Of a stretch of 64,000 bases of DNA, positions 48,601-60,540 are shown one piece after another. The position numbers and the translations under genes are program-made. Under the pieces are notes generated by a model, which did no database searches, had not been told where the DNA came from, and worked only from the letters and a program-made list of their open reading frames with translations. Position 1 is the first letter of the stretch; each line of letters starts with the position of its first letter. Source of the DNA: Podarcis liolepis (taxonomy: Eukaryota); the NCBI GenBank assembly GCA_965112155.1, contig OZ218099.1; one strand, 5' to 3'.

Positions 48601-51600
48601 GGAATAAGCCACATTTCCTATGAAGTGGAAATGCAAATGAGATTAGAAGATATCCAACAGAAAAGAAATATATCTAGTTTCCAACCCCCAATAAAATCAT
48701 CAATCCGCTTGAGCACATCATCTAGAGAATGTGTTGGCTCATCCGTTGCCAAGTTAGGCCGAAAGAGCTCTGAATTGAACACGACTTAACAACTTGCTTA
48801 AGCAGCAGCAGGCATATGGATGCTAGCACATTTGCACAAGTATAAATGAACACAATTACAGAATTCTGTGACAAATGGAGCTGAGATAATACTTTGATGT
48901 CTTTAAAGGGGGATTAGACAAATTCATGGAGGATAAGGCTATTAACGGCTGCTAATAATTTTGGCTATATACTACCTCAAGGATCACAGGCAGTAGGCCT
49001 CTGTATACCTGTTGCTAGGGAACAGCAGAGGGGGAGGGTTTGTTTCCCATTTCCTCCCCGTTGTGAACTTTCCATTAGGTATCTGACTGGCCACCGCAGG
49101 AAACAGGATGGAGCAGATAAGGCCTTTGGTCTGATCCTACAGGGCTCTTTTTACAGCATTACAGCACTTCATTTAAAGGGATGTTCTGTAACCTGCAATA
49201 TTTTGAAGAGCTGGTGTTTGGCTACAACACCTTTTTTATGGAAGCGGTGTCACTTTTAAACAGAATATCATTCAGATACTTTCTAACACAGACCTGGGCT
49301 AGTGGCATAGGAGAGATGGACGCAGTGTACATTAATACTATTATTATTATTATTATTAATTCAACTTATACATCATCCTATACCCGGAGGTCTCAGGGCG
49401 GTTCACAAGACGACAACAACTTCCTTGTAGTTTTGTGGACTTCCTGGGCACAGGTCAGTTTCTGACAGCAGATGAGAATGCTGAAAGTAACATGTTTATT
49501 TCTGGTTGCATTCAACATAGCTCTAAGTATCACATTGGCCTGAATATAAGCCACACCTGAATATAAAGGGCACCTTTAAAATTCAAAGGGAAAAAAGAAA
49601 AAAAGACAATACCCAAATATAAGCCGCTCCCTTAAAATTCCGCAGGCACTCACATCCATTCTGTTTTACCATATGTCTGTTTCAGCAGCAATATCGTAAA
49701 AGCCAATTTTTGTAAGGTTGCGAATTTAAGCCACACTTTAACTTTCCATGGTTGGAATTTGGAAAAAAAGTGGGCCTTATATTCAGGCCAATACGATAAA
49801 TCCTTGTATGGATGGAATGGCTCCCATTTCCACAACAGGACACCCCCCCGCACTTCCCCACATGTGCTCCCTAAATTTATTCTGAGGGTCCCCCCCCCCG
49901 AGAGATTTAGGGACAGCACAGGGCAGACACACAAGGCGGGGAGTCCCATTGCGCAAGCAGAAGCTATTGAAGTCTGGCAAGGATTTAGTTGAATACCACT
50001 CTTTGATCTAGGTTTTCTTCTAAAATATTTAGAATCTCACACTATGTCTTTACACAATCCACATTTCATAGCATACAGCAGCCTGGAGCAATGTTATTTT
50101 AAAAATCAGCCATTAATTCTTCCTCGATATATGCAGACATGTTGTGATACGTCACATTAAACACGTCATGCTCACTGCTGCTCTTCCTGCAGCCCTGTGT
50201 CTTCCCCCCCTTCACATTTTTATATCAAATGCTTTACCTCGTACATGAAGATGTCAAACACTCGAGTGGCCACAGGCAGAGGAAAGGTGGTAAGGAAGAG
50301 GGTAAGAAACCAGGATGATGCATACATAGAGGTAAGGAAGCTTTGAGAACGGAAGTGGATATTCAGTTCAGGCAGCTGCTCCTGAAGAGACACAGAACAC
50401 AGCTCTTAATCAAGAGAAATAACAGCAAGTCTTGAGCATCACAGTTGGATTCCCAGAGTCAGGACACTGGATTCTCAAAGGCAGGGCCACACATAATAGT
50501 AATTAGTATCCTTAACTTTATTGCCCTAAAATAATAAAGCTGATGTACTTGAGACTGCTACAGGACTTTTAGGAGGCAGGAGGGAAGTAATGCACAATCT
50601 AACAACTTGTACCCTTAGAAGCTTCTTTATGCAGGACAAACACAGTCTTTTTTACCTGAAGCATGTACTCAAACTGGTAGATGCAGAGCCCTAGCTCAGC
50701 CATAGTGGGTTTAAACAGCTCCCGTAATCTGTACTCTTGCATCAGACGTACAAACACACAGAACGCCTCTTCTTCAGGCATCTAGAAATGAGACAAGATG
50801 CTTGCATAAGCTTCTTCAAATTGATTCTGTATCAAAAGGAAATTATGACACACAAGACTGGTATCACCACAGATTCCCCCTCCCCCTTTAAAAAAATAAA
50901 GAATGCAACAGGGAGAGGTGATACCAATAGCAGTACATATACTTTGCTTGCACAAGATGTCAGTTTCAATCCCTTGCACCTCCAGTTAGATGGGTCAAAG
51001 GGAGCAGAAGTGGGCAAGAGGCTTGCCTCTGGAATGCTCTTGCAAATCAATGTAGACAACACTGCATTAGATGGATCCATTATCTGTTTAGGGCAACTTC
51101 GTATGTTCAACAGGCAACCGCCACGTTGCCACAAAAGTATTGAAGAAAAACATTCTATCTACTGTATTCACAGAGTCAATATTTGTGCAAGTAACACAAA
51201 TCTTAAGTGCATTCAGTATGAATGACTTCAATTAACTGGATATGGGAACACATTGTAGAATTGTTCTTCTTTGGTACACTGCATTAGGGCTTCTCAGCAG
51301 GGTACTGCTGTTCTTGTTGTATTATAATGGATACTTCTAGTGCCTAAACTAGTATTAGTTTTCATTTGCAGCAATAAAATGATGTGTTCTCAAAAATGGC
51401 TTTTTCAGTGATGCTTCTTCTAAATCAGATATCCCCATTTTATACTGACATATGCATAACACTCTACCCATCACTGTTTAAAGTAATGGCAACTTGTTTT
51501 GTTTTGAAGCACTTGAAATTCCATATGGTTTTTCATTACTAAAGTTGATGAATAGGCTTCCATTCTTGTATTGAGGACATTAGTACAAAGGAGTGACGGC

Positions 51601-54600
51601 GGGATATCAAAAAGATGCCTTGAAAGCCCAGCTCCTAGTCCAAACACAGGCCCAAGAGTGAATGTAACTGAAAAATATCTTCATTCATTGTGTTTATGCT
51701 AGATTACATTCCTCCAGCCTGGGCCAGAAAAAAACCACATTTGTAGGACTTACCCTATAATGGATTTCAAAATTCCAAGGCACTAGCATTAATACAGGTG
51801 CCTGAAGATTTTTTAGGCCTGCTTCTAGCTCAGCCTTTCCCAACCCAGGCTCCCCAGATGCTGTTGGAATACAAGCCCCATCATCCACAGACAGATGGCC
51901 AATGGCCATGGATGATAGGAGCTGTAGCTCAACAACATGTGGGGACCCAAGGTAGGGAAAGCCTGTCTAGCTGAAACCATTTGGAAACATCAAAAGCTTT
52001 AATAAAGTAGGGTCATATAGGAGAATGTTTCCTTCTACTAAAGTAGCTACTTTAATAATGTAGTCAAACCCAGTTAAAATTTGTGTTTGGCACTGACCAA
52101 TGCTAAGGGGCAAGCAACTAGATTTATAACCTTTTTTAATATTTCGCAAGGTATTGAACTGTTCCATAAGCTCCCAAGTAAAGATGAACACTTAGGTTCA
52201 GGCCAGACATCTACTCCCATGTTACACAAACCTGCATCAGGAGCAGTCCAACGATGAATGCACTGCCTTGGCAGTACCCAACCTCACGGTCTACTAGAGA
52301 GTAAGCCTGAAAGAAAAGCAAACCTTAAGCAACAGCTGGTCCAGATTAGCACAAAATACAACCACCAAATGCCCAAAGGGATTTGAAGCACAATTAAAAT
52401 ACACAACTACGAGGCAGAGTTTTGACACAACTTGTTCAACCGCACACAGAATTTTCTTAATGCTGGGAAGTTTCAAGTATCAGCAGTGGGAAAGGGAGGG
52501 GAACTGGGAAGGATCCAGACCATGTCATTCAAGTCATTGCTTAATACACACAAGGAGAATGACAGAAAATATTTCTACAAATGTTTCTGCAATCATGCTA
52601 CAAATGAAGATTAAAATGAGGACCTTAATACAATTAAAATTCAAATAATTGTTGTTGTTTTGAAAAAAGGAACTAAATGAAGAGATGTATACCTTTAAGT
52701 ACTTAAGAACAGTGCTTTGTTCCCCACAACACACAGAACACATTTTTTTTAAAAGATTAGCTGGGAATTTCCCTTCTTCTAAGGTACTCAGGATGTGTCC
52801 TCTGCATTTCTTTCTGGGAAGTTGGGAATTTATTGAATTGGCTTAGCTTCAGCATCTGTCCAACTCTTTCTCTTTATACAGCAGGTTAAGCATTTGTCTT
52901 TCCAGACTGTAGTTCACCTGCAATCCTTGTGTCAACTAGAAAGCCAACTGGGAAGGAGGAATGCATAGCTAAGCTATCCCAATGGCAGAGTGTAGTTACA
53001 TCAAAGAGCAACGTGCAGAAACACCTCCATCTCAGGAATAGCTACATCTTATATTCCCCTGAGAAGTCAACAAAATTTTGCCTCTGGCAGTCAATTATGT
53101 GTGGTCATCAGTGACTCGTGTACCAATAGATGAGTCACCTCTAAAGTAACAGATGAATCACTTCACACCATCCAAAAATGGGAAGAGAACAAGAGGGACT
53201 GCCTATTTCCTTCTCCAATGTCTGGCATGAAGCAAGACAGACATCCTCAAGTTCTCTCCATGAGTAGAGGACTCAGTGGAGGGCAAGGGACTTCTCTCCC
53301 ATGTCTGGCACAGTGACAGCCCTTCCGAAGTTTTCTGTAATTTGCCTGGGTTCTAAGATGGGGTGGTCTGTGGTGTGTGTGGCTTTTTCAACTGGCTTTC
53401 TTAATTCCTGCTTCCCACAATGCATATCCTGCTAGAGGTTGGTTCTCTTTACCACCACACTTTTATTTATGGCTTTATTAAGTAGCTGAAATTTTAAAAT
53501 TGTATTTAAGTTTTAATTTCTCAAAGTCTGGACAAACAATTGGATACCACAGTGTGTTTTCTGCTAGGCAGAACCTACAGCTGTTCAGCAGATTGATGTT
53601 AGCCACAAGCCATAAAATTATTTGCTACAAAAAATGGCATTAGAAAGGTCTGCAAAGCAATAAACACCCCATTTCCCACTGTGGAAGTCAAGCAACTCCT
53701 TTAGAAACTATCCATGGCTGGTATATTTCATCATACTGAGAGCTGAAGGAGCATCAGTTCTTATCAAGGTTGTCTCAGGACAATAAAAAGAAGAAGAATT
53801 CAAGTACCCTAATATAAAGCTGTATCCAGGGATTCAGGGATCCATGTGACAAGGCCCATGTAATTTAAGGGGCAGAGAAATTAGCATGTATTATGGTAGC
53901 AAGATTTTACAGAGCAGATGAAAGTAGTGCATAGATACCACACATTTTGTCTTATGAATTATGAATGCTAATACCCAAACTCTAGGCAGCTAGAAGTCTT
54001 CCTTTGATGTGCAGGTTAAGCCACTTTGTAAAGTTCAATTCATGAAATGCCTGAATAACAAAGGATCAGACTTTTGGAGCATCAGGCACTGAGCGTTGAT
54101 TTCTAAAGCAATTTCATTAGGGAGATTCCAACTTGCCTTCATAACATTGAAGAGGACCTCTTGGCCCAGACTGTCCTGTCCCTTAAAAAACTCGTGCTCT
54201 GGGTATGTCCGGGCAATATCCCTCCTGATCAGCTTTTCACAAGGAGAAGACATCTTTAACAACTCTGAATACTGATTCTTCACTGGCATGTCAGTGGCAC
54301 TGCACAGAAGTTGCCAAACAATGGCTCGGAAGTGGTGGGGAATTCCTTTCCTTATGAGCTCCTAAGGGGGGGGGGGGAGAGAGAAACAATGTATGAGAAA
54401 CCCCAAGTGACATTTGTGAAGTAGGACTCCCAAGCCCAAATCCTGTCCACAGTTCTGCTCAATATACCATAAGGAGGCTGCATATTTTAAACCTTTGGTA
54501 TAAACTAAGGAGGACGCTGGACGCAAAGCTCATGATCACAGCATATTGGAATAAGTCAGCTTGGTAGGAGAGAAGGCAGTACAGAAATAAAAAAATTAAG

Positions 54601-57600
54601 TTTTCAAAACTGTAACCAAAATTCTATTGGCAGAGAATTTCTGTTTACTATCTAGTTCTCTGTTTGGAACTATTAATTGATTGCACCATAATTTTTTATG
54701 CATTCTTTGCAAATTACCATGTACATCAGTGACATTGTATAAATAAAACTTTCCTTCCCTCCAATACCTTGTCTCTGATAAATTCTGCTCCCCTCAAACA
54801 ACCACAGGCACATTACTTACACATTAGCCCACAATTGTGATGTAAGTGTGTACAATTGTGAAAAGGATTACAGAGTTTATGCAATCCCACTTGTGTTATT
54901 ATAATTAAAAGTATTCATTAGCTGCATTACTTACAAATGAGACAACACAGTATGAACATTAAAAGCAATTGTCACAAGCCAACCAATAAAAGTCTAAAAC
55001 ACATATCACTTCTTGTTTCTACAATACTTCTTGTGAGAGAAGGAGGAGTATTCATGCGCCGTCATGGGTACTGCCCATCGCCAGAACAGACTCCCTCACC
55101 TTGAGCAGTTTTTCCTTCTTTTTCCGCCATTCTTCCCATTCATTTACAATCCTCCCCCACAAGATCCAGGTATCCTCCTCAAGATGGCTCAGGTTGGATG
55201 AGGCAGAAGAGCTTGAGACCAAAGAGGACCCACTATTCCTTCGCGAGCCATTCATGGAGCGCAAGGATTTGGAATCTGCTTCCAGCAGCCTGGGAAAATG
55301 ACAGCCTGTTAGTAGCATCCCTACCAGCCCCACAATCAGGTTACACCTTCAGAGCTATGCAAGTGCATCAACATCTAACTAAGTTACCATGAAAGTAGGA
55401 CTCCTCAGTTACAATTGGTATGCACAGAGCTTCCAGTTGAACTAAGTTGAAATGCTTTTGCACACAAGTTTTTTGACATGCCAGCCCTTCTAGCAGCATA
55501 CAAAGCATCTCCAGAGGTAAAACAGCTACAAACATATCACATGAAACACAGCAAAGTTTGTCTGCTCATGGAGTCTGTAACACAGGGGTCAGCAAGCTTA
55601 CCAAACGATGGTCCGGCCCACGTTCTGTCCGTCGGAGGATGGGCTGGAGCATGTGTGCATGCGCAACTTCTGGGTTGCCACTCCGTCCCACACGTGTGCA
55701 CACACGCTACAGTGGTACCTCGCAAGACGAATGCCTCGCAAGACGAAAAACGTGCAAGACGAAAGAGTTTTCCGTTTTTTGAGTCGTTCCGCAAGACGAA
55801 TTTCCCTATGGGCTTGCTTCGCAAGATGAAACGTCTTGCAAGTTCTTGCGAGTTTGTTTCCTTTTTCTTAAAGCCGCTAAGCCGTTAATAGCCGCTAAGC
55901 CGCTAATAGCCGTGCTTCGCAAGACGAAAAAACCGCAAGACGAAGAGACTCGCGGAATGGATTAATTTCGTCTTGCGAGGCACCACTGTATTTCCGGTGC
56001 ACATCCGGGTCGGAGGAGCACCCTTGAGCATGCGCACAGGCGCCATCAACCTGGAAGTTGTTCCCCGCGCCGGTAAGAACGGGCGGTGGGAGAACAAAGC
56101 ACATTCCTCAACAGAGCCCAATTTAACAATTAAGATCTCAGGCAATAACAGTCAAGAATGATAAGAAAACCTCTCCATGTCTATAGTACATCTCGGCTTC
56201 ACCCAATTTCGATTTTAAATAAAGGTATAATTTATATTCAAATGCAAGACCAGAGAATTAAGACAAATTGAATTCTGTTACTTTCACAAATCATTTTCAA
56301 TGAAATCCCCTACTAGATTATTCTACTCATGAACTTGGTAAGCACCTGAAGCCTTTAGCCAAAATCACACCACCGTTTTTAAAACAGATTTAGAAACACG
56401 AAGGGCAATATAATTCCTATAAATATTAAGAAAACCTTGTTCATTATACACAGCTCAGCAGAATTTGATTCCTCAGGCAGCTATAAAGGACTTATGCTTA
56501 CTCATCAACAAGGTGTTCTCAGTTTTCTACTTTACTAATTCTCAATCCCAAGTGAAGCAGCCATGCTAAAACAGTCTGGTAAACAAAACAGCTTTTAGAT
56601 TAGGAAAAGAGCTGTTATACATTAGGTCAAAGAGATAAGTATTTCAAAGAAATAGCCAGACACAAGTTACCAAGAAATTTTTGCCTGTTCAATTCAAGAT
56701 TTGTCACTTTCCATTACAGGTTCTTTGGCTGTCATGATCATTTGATGTTCGGATGCCACCACATGGCCATTTAGAAATCAAGCAGGGCATTCAGTAAAAG
56801 GAAGCTACCATAGAGCTACTGAAAGTAGCAAATCTACAGTTGTTTATACGATATGAGCAGCTGTCAAATCCAGGCAAATCAAAAAACAGAAAGGCAACTC
56901 CAAAACAGAGCTCTCACTGCCTGTCTACTCAGTCTAACATACACTGCTTGGATACTTGGGCAAAACTTCTGTCTCTAAAAGGAATGGAGCCTGACCTAGA
57001 CAATGACATCTGAACAATGAAATCCAACATGCACTCACGTCACTGATTGCTACATGGGAGAACATGTGCTTTGCTGGAACGAGGAATACTGCACTCAGTC
57101 CTTATTCAAATGGAGAAACAGTGGGAAGTCTGCTAATTCTAGTGTCCCAGCAAGTTATTCCACCTGGCCTCTGATTTTTAGAGGTTCTAAAGTCCAACAA
57201 GGTGGAAAGCCTAAGAAGACTGAAATGCTGCCCTAATGATCTATGCAGCATCTTATTTTTAATATCCAGTTCATGTGCTTACAAATGAATGGTTCATTTG
57301 TATATATGGTTCATTTAGGGATGCTGAAGGAATGTCAGTGATCTGAACTATGAGACAAGCACATCTGATCTACGCCTTGCAAACAAAATCATGGGTCAGA
57401 GGAGTTCTGCCTCTGAATCTGGACCACCCAATAAAGCCCTACAAGGTGGTCTGAGTGGGACGGAATTTTTTTATATGTATAAAACCCTCTAAGAGCTGCT
57501 TGGAGCAGCAAATAATCACGCCAGTTGCCATGCAAGTTGAAAATATGGCTACAAATGGCCCCAGGATTGATGAGATGTGGGTGTGCGTCAGTTGCTTCCA

Positions 57601-58097
57601 GAGACACTGTGTGAGCAGGAATGGGACAGGTGGTTCCTAGGTTCCTAGGCTGATTCCTAGACTAAAGTAACCTGTCAAAGTTCTTTTTCTGTTCATTTGA
57701 ACGAATGAAAAGAAAAAGGTGACAACTGCATTTATCAAGGTCCAAAAGTATCTCCCATTTGGTAGCATTGAGCTATACACTATATGGGCTTTATACTCAA
57801 GAAAGCATTTAAAAATATGTATTTATGTACAGCATTCCCAACTAGAAGGATTGGTTTCTCAGCTTTAATAATCACATTGATAACTTTTTTAACCAACCCA
57901 GTGTGTATGCCTACTATATCCAAGTTCAGCTCACTTCACTCAACTTACCTGTTTTGTTCTTCAAGCTTTGCCAATAGCTCCAACTCATCTGGGCTCAGAT
58001 TCTCGGAATCGGACGTGGGGGAGCATGCAGGCATGGAGTTGACGGAGGAGAGTCCTTCATGGGAAGAAGAGTCTGGGCTGATGGCCGGACTTGCCAT
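28243..58097 (-). CDS. EVI5L: EVI5-like protein (TBC RabGAP plus coiled coil), whole spliced CDS span, 19 exons, ~821 aa
   Basis: Exon peptides match human EVI5L almost residue for residue (MASP..SPTSDSENLSPDELELLAKLEEQNRLLEADSKS..IRRDIARTYPEH..YCQG..SKEEVMAVRLREADS..LQDVLYPLSP); all phases are consistent. Confidence 0.96.
29592..29687 (-). CDS. EVI5L: EVI5L coding exon 18
   Basis: REEGMIQGQLNNSDSSQYIRELKDQIDELKAE. Confidence 0.95.
30217..30312 (-). CDS. EVI5L: EVI5L coding exon 17
   Basis: SKEEVMAVRLREADSMAAVAEMRQRIAELEIQ. Confidence 0.95.
31015..31161 (-). CDS. EVI5L: EVI5L coding exon 16
   Basis: DQIHSNHLNRMEQE..QNKGLQTQLSETKRKHAESECK. Confidence 0.94.
31485..31643 (-). CDS. EVI5L: EVI5L coding exon 15
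   Basis: AHLSRTGGRWKESPRK..LQDELMSLRLRE..RVVELETQ. Confidence 0.94.
31976..32116 (-). CDS. EVI5L: EVI5L coding exon 14
   Basis: KNSLLPDENNVARLQEELKAMKVRE..LNDNWQ. Confidence 0.94.
32681..32809 (-). CDS. EVI5L: EVI5L coding exon 13
   Basis: GNPRYSEEFVSHLETELEQSRLRE..MQDKVLDMEK. Confidence 0.95.
32893..33171 (+). mobile_element. Tc1/mariner-type MITE, family B (CGCAAGACGAA internal repeats)
   Basis: TIRs, TA TSD, CpG-rich; inserted in the tail of an L2 remnant. Confidence 0.88.
33667..33925 (+). mobile_element. Mariner/Tigger-like MITE, same family as the 21333 element
   Basis: High identity to 21333-21591. Confidence 0.8.
33993..34133 (-). CDS. EVI5L: EVI5L coding exon 12
   Basis: GQVTRAQEAEENYIIKRELAVVKQQC..QLQEQQ. 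Confidence 0.95.
35160..36670 (+). mobile_element. Degenerate CR1 LINE (RT region to 3'UTR)
   Basis: Remnants of ..FASVFT.., KAFDKV (aaagcatttgataaaagtcc) and SGVPQGSVL (agtggagtcctacaaggatcagtattg); many stops. Confidence 0.75.
39256..39611 (-). mobile_element. Sauria SINE, full length
   Basis: Reverse complement of the 7131 type; TSD ttaaacacta. Confidence 0.9.
40762..40794 (-). CDS. EVI5L: EVI5L coding exon 11, 33-nt small exon
   Basis: ESAALADRLIQ with tgtag acceptor and CAG|GTACGG donor. Confidence 0.92.
41822..41875 (-). CDS. EVI5L: EVI5L coding exon 10
   Basis: RLRSENRLLKQRIETLEK. Confidence 0.94.
42478..42538 (-). CDS. EVI5L: EVI5L coding exon 9
   Basis: LEKEYTAIKNREMEEQIEIK. Confidence 0.94.
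43943..44324 (-). mobile_element. Sauria SINE, full length
   Basis: Reverse complement of the 6235 type; TSD tttaccatgg. Confidence 0.9.
45293..45518 (-). mobile_element. Tc1/mariner-type MITE, family A
   Basis: Same TIRs and TA TSD; inverted copy of the 11765 element. Confidence 0.88.
45617..45714 (-). CDS. EVI5L: EVI5L coding exon 8
   Basis: YFQKVIPHQFENCPDKLIFKAYQVKYNPKKMKR. Confidence 0.95.
47560..47800 (+). mobile_element. CR1 LINE 3' end
   Basis: aggaaaaactttctgacag..ggaggtttttaagcagaggttggatggccatctg..cccttc..ctatgattctat, the CR1 terminal motif. Confidence 0.8.
47778..48011 (+). repeat. 30-bp minisatellite, about 7.8 copies (CTACCACTCTATGATTCTATTATTGTTCTT)
   Basis: Direct tandem copies with one substitution (attctgttat at 47851-47860). 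Confidence 0.97.
48427..48516 (-). CDS. EVI5L: EVI5L coding exon 7
   Basis: GLEIVFRVGMALLQFNQAELMQLDMEGMSQ. Confidence 0.95.
48895..49150 (+). mobile_element. CR1-like 3'UTR fragment
   Basis: ggattagacaaattcatggaggataaggctatt; similar to about 36450-36670. Confidence 0.55.
49530..49795. mobile_element. Mariner-like MITE
   Basis: ATTGGCCTGAATATAAG..CTTATATTCAGGCCAAT inverted ends. Confidence 0.65.
50238..50381 (-). CDS. EVI5L: EVI5L coding exon 6
   Basis: EQLPELNIHFRSQSF..ASSWFLTLFLTTFPLPVATRVFDIFMYE. Confidence 0.95.
50656..50781 (-). CDS. EVI5L: EVI5L coding exon 5
   Basis: MPEEEAFCVFVRLMQEYRLRELFKP..EYMLQ. Confidence 0.95.
51831..51965. mobile_element. Palindromic hAT-type MITE; related degenerate copies near 15180, 16025, 21187, 39650, 61170 and 62294
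   Basis: CAGCCTTTCCCAACC..GGTAGGGAAAGCCTG termini and a shared ACTACAACTCCCATCA-like core. Confidence 0.7.
52232..52306 (-). CDS. EVI5L: EVI5L coding exon 4, TBC YxQ glutamine finger
   Basis: AYSLVDREVGYCQGSAFIVGLLLMQ. Confidence 0.95.
54137..54361 (-). CDS. EVI5L: EVI5L coding exon 3, TBC start with IxxDxxR arginine finger; GC donor
   Basis: ELIRKGIPHHFRAIVWQLL..IRRDIARTYPEH..VLFNVMK followed by AAG|GCAAGT. Confidence 0.95.
55100..55289 (-). CDS. EVI5L: EVI5L coding exon 2
   Basis: LLEADSKSLRSMNGSRRNSGSS..KEKLLK; canonical splice sites. Confidence 0.95.
55710..55988 (-). mobile_element. Tc1/mariner-type MITE, family B, nested in a hAT-like element (about 55583-56090)
   Basis: Near-identical inverted copy of 32893-33171; the host element begins CAGGGGTCAGCAA. 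Confidence 0.88.
57949..58097 (-). CDS. EVI5L: EVI5L coding exon 1 (exon acceptor at 58174; upstream in-frame ATG at 58130)
   Basis: MASPAISPDSSSHEGL..LELLAKLEEQNR; AG|GTAAGT donor. Confidence 0.92.
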
Positions 58098-59834
58098 CTC
58101 AGGCAGTTTGAGGGTAGCGGGGATGTCCATTAAAAAAGTATTCAGAAACAGTTTCAGGAAGGTCAAAGTATCACCTGAAAGGAAGGGGAAAAACCACATT
58201 TTTCAGAGCAACAGTCCTTTTTTGCTTATATAGATCGATGTCAATATAAAGAACGACCTTTATAGGTCTAGTTCTACACTGTTCAGAAGCATTTGGTTGG
58301 ATGTGGCTAAGGCTCTATCAGGCCATCGTATTCAAAACCGGGCACTTCAGGAAGAGTACAGAGATTATTAATTTCCGGCTCTATGAGAAGATGACGATTG
58401 AATTTTTAACTTTAGGTGGTAGTTCAAGAGAGGAACTTTTAAAAGATGTAGGACTACTGTTATCTGTGAACTAGGTTAATGTTTTATCAATTTGGCCATT
58501 TTGTATTCTGTGATCTCTTTTAGGCTGCTAAAACACGACAGACATCTCTATCAACAGCAGGCAACACTTTACTTCTAAGCTCACAAATAATTCAGATGTA
58601 AGGTTAAGTCTCTGCTGAGAAAAAGCTTCCAAATATTTTTTGAAATGAAAAAAGGTCACACTACCTTTCTTTAGTGCTGTGGTACAGAGCTTACAGGCCT
58701 TCACTAAATTGCTTTTTCTGCTGAATTTAAAATTCTTTAAAGGTAATTCCCAAATAAATTTACTCATTCAACTATTCGTATTCTTACTAATCTGCTTGAA
58801 AATCCTGGCTGGTATTTTTTAATGATATTTCTAATCATGTCACGAAAAAGTGAAACACTGACATCAGAAGGACTCAGAAGTCAACTCACTACGTTCCCCC
58901 ATGATATTACCAAGTCTCATGACTAACCATGTCTACTTGAAGTAGGTCCTACTGAATTCAATGGGGCTTATTCTCAGGTAAATGAGGTTAGGACTGCAGC
59001 CAAAGACACTGCTTTTTTCAACAGGCTACATTAACGGTGCAATCCTAAAGTGGAGTTAGGCCACCTGAGGGGCCTCAGAATTTGGCAGAAGTCCTCCTGC
59101 CCTCACAGAATGCCAGCTAACACCATAAAATCCCATCACACAAACTGGTGGGTGCCACGAGGAAGCCAACTGGGTCCTGAAGGTGGAATGATTATGGTAT
59201 TTGGTGTCTCAGAGGCTTTCCTGCAGGGCAGTCAGGTATCTCTCTTAAGGAGCCATGTCTTGCCACTTGTACCACTGGGGATCAAATGAATGATGGGCTG
59301 CTATGCCACAGCTGTGTGTGTTGCAATGTATTCTGGCTCACTCCACTTCTGGGCAGTGATGTGGTGCTGCCTCAATCCTATCCCAAGATTTGTAGGCAGC
59401 AGCTGTGTTGCCCAGGATAATGGAGCTGCCCTTTTTGGCAGTGTTTTTAGATGCCTGTTCATCCTGTTCTCCTGCCCCCCCCCCCAATTCTGGGCTGAGA
59501 AAGTACTGGACACAGCAAATGTTCGCCTGACATTGTGGCAACATTATCTGTGGCCCAAGCATAATTGCAGTTTGTGATTGTTCAGCCTGGGTCTTTATCA
59601 GACCAATGTCTGATCTACCAGAGAAATCGAAATAATCCTGTTTCCAGGCTTTGACACATAATTTATTTCCCTGTCATGTCATCTATTCACTTTCTATTTA
59701 GATCTCATGCCCCAAAGCCCAATGAATGTGAAGGAGAATGGGTTTGCAAGGCTGCAGTGGACCAAGCACTATCAAAAACATGCGCTCTCTCATTGTAAAT
59801 TTGCCAGATGTCCCTGTAATTTCTTTTGCACCTA

Positions 59835-60078
59835 CAGTGCTACCTCGGTTTTCGAACATAATCCATTCTGGAAGTCCGTTTGAGTTCTGAAACATTCAAA
59901 AACTGAAATCGGAAGCCTCAAAAGGCAAGCCTCAATATGGAAAACTCAAAACGGAAGCCGCGTTTCCTGTTCGACTTCCAAGGCACGTTCGAAAACTGAG
60001 ACACTTACTTCTAGGTTTTTGATGTTCAAGTTCCAAAATGTTCAACTATGGAGGTGTTCGAAAACTGAGGTACCACTG
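59835..60078. mobile_element. Tc1/mariner-type MITE, family C
   Basis: TA-CAGTGCTACCTCGG..CTGAGGTACCACTG-TA. Confidence 0.8.
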
Positions 60079-60329
60079 TACATAGATTTCTAGATGTGTT
60101 CTGTTTAGCTGCTCTCTAAACTGGGTGGACAAGCAACAAAAATCACAAATGAAGTGTAAATGAGTTTCAATATAAGTGAGTGTGAGCGATACAGATACAA
60201 AGTGGTAAAAAATAAGCTCCAATCTCACATACGTTGATGAGGTAGTTGTACCGAAGCAGAGCAACAGCTAGGATATATTGTGCAACTTACTATTGGGATC
60301 ATGGTGGAGAGTATAATGAAATCAATACA

Positions 60330-60540
60330 GCATCCTATGTGAAAAACAAAATCCATGCTAGGGAGATTATTAAGGAAAGAGATTGAAAATGCTCTTCTCG
60401 GTACTCTAATGCCTTTATACAAATCTATGGCGCAGCCTTGTTTGGAATGCAGAGTACAGTTCTGGTGATTCCATCTCAAGAAAGATACTGCAGAGCTGGA
60501 AAAAGAACAGAAAAGGGCACCTAAAATGGTCAGAGAATGC
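60330..60540 (+). mobile_element. CR1 RT fragment
   Basis: LYKSM..LECRVQFW..KKDTAELEKEQKRAPKMV-like remnant. Confidence 0.6.

Noticed and set aside
55478-56161. Cluster of overlapping ORFs similar to ORF 32993-33214
   Set aside because: The similarity comes from the shared non-autonomous MITE; there are no transposase motifs.
28243-58097. Calling the minus-strand gene EVI5
   Set aside because: The N-terminus (MASP..SPTSDSENLSPDE) and C-terminal motifs (SSDEELL, LQD.LYPLSP, DSDAD) are diagnostic of EVI5L.
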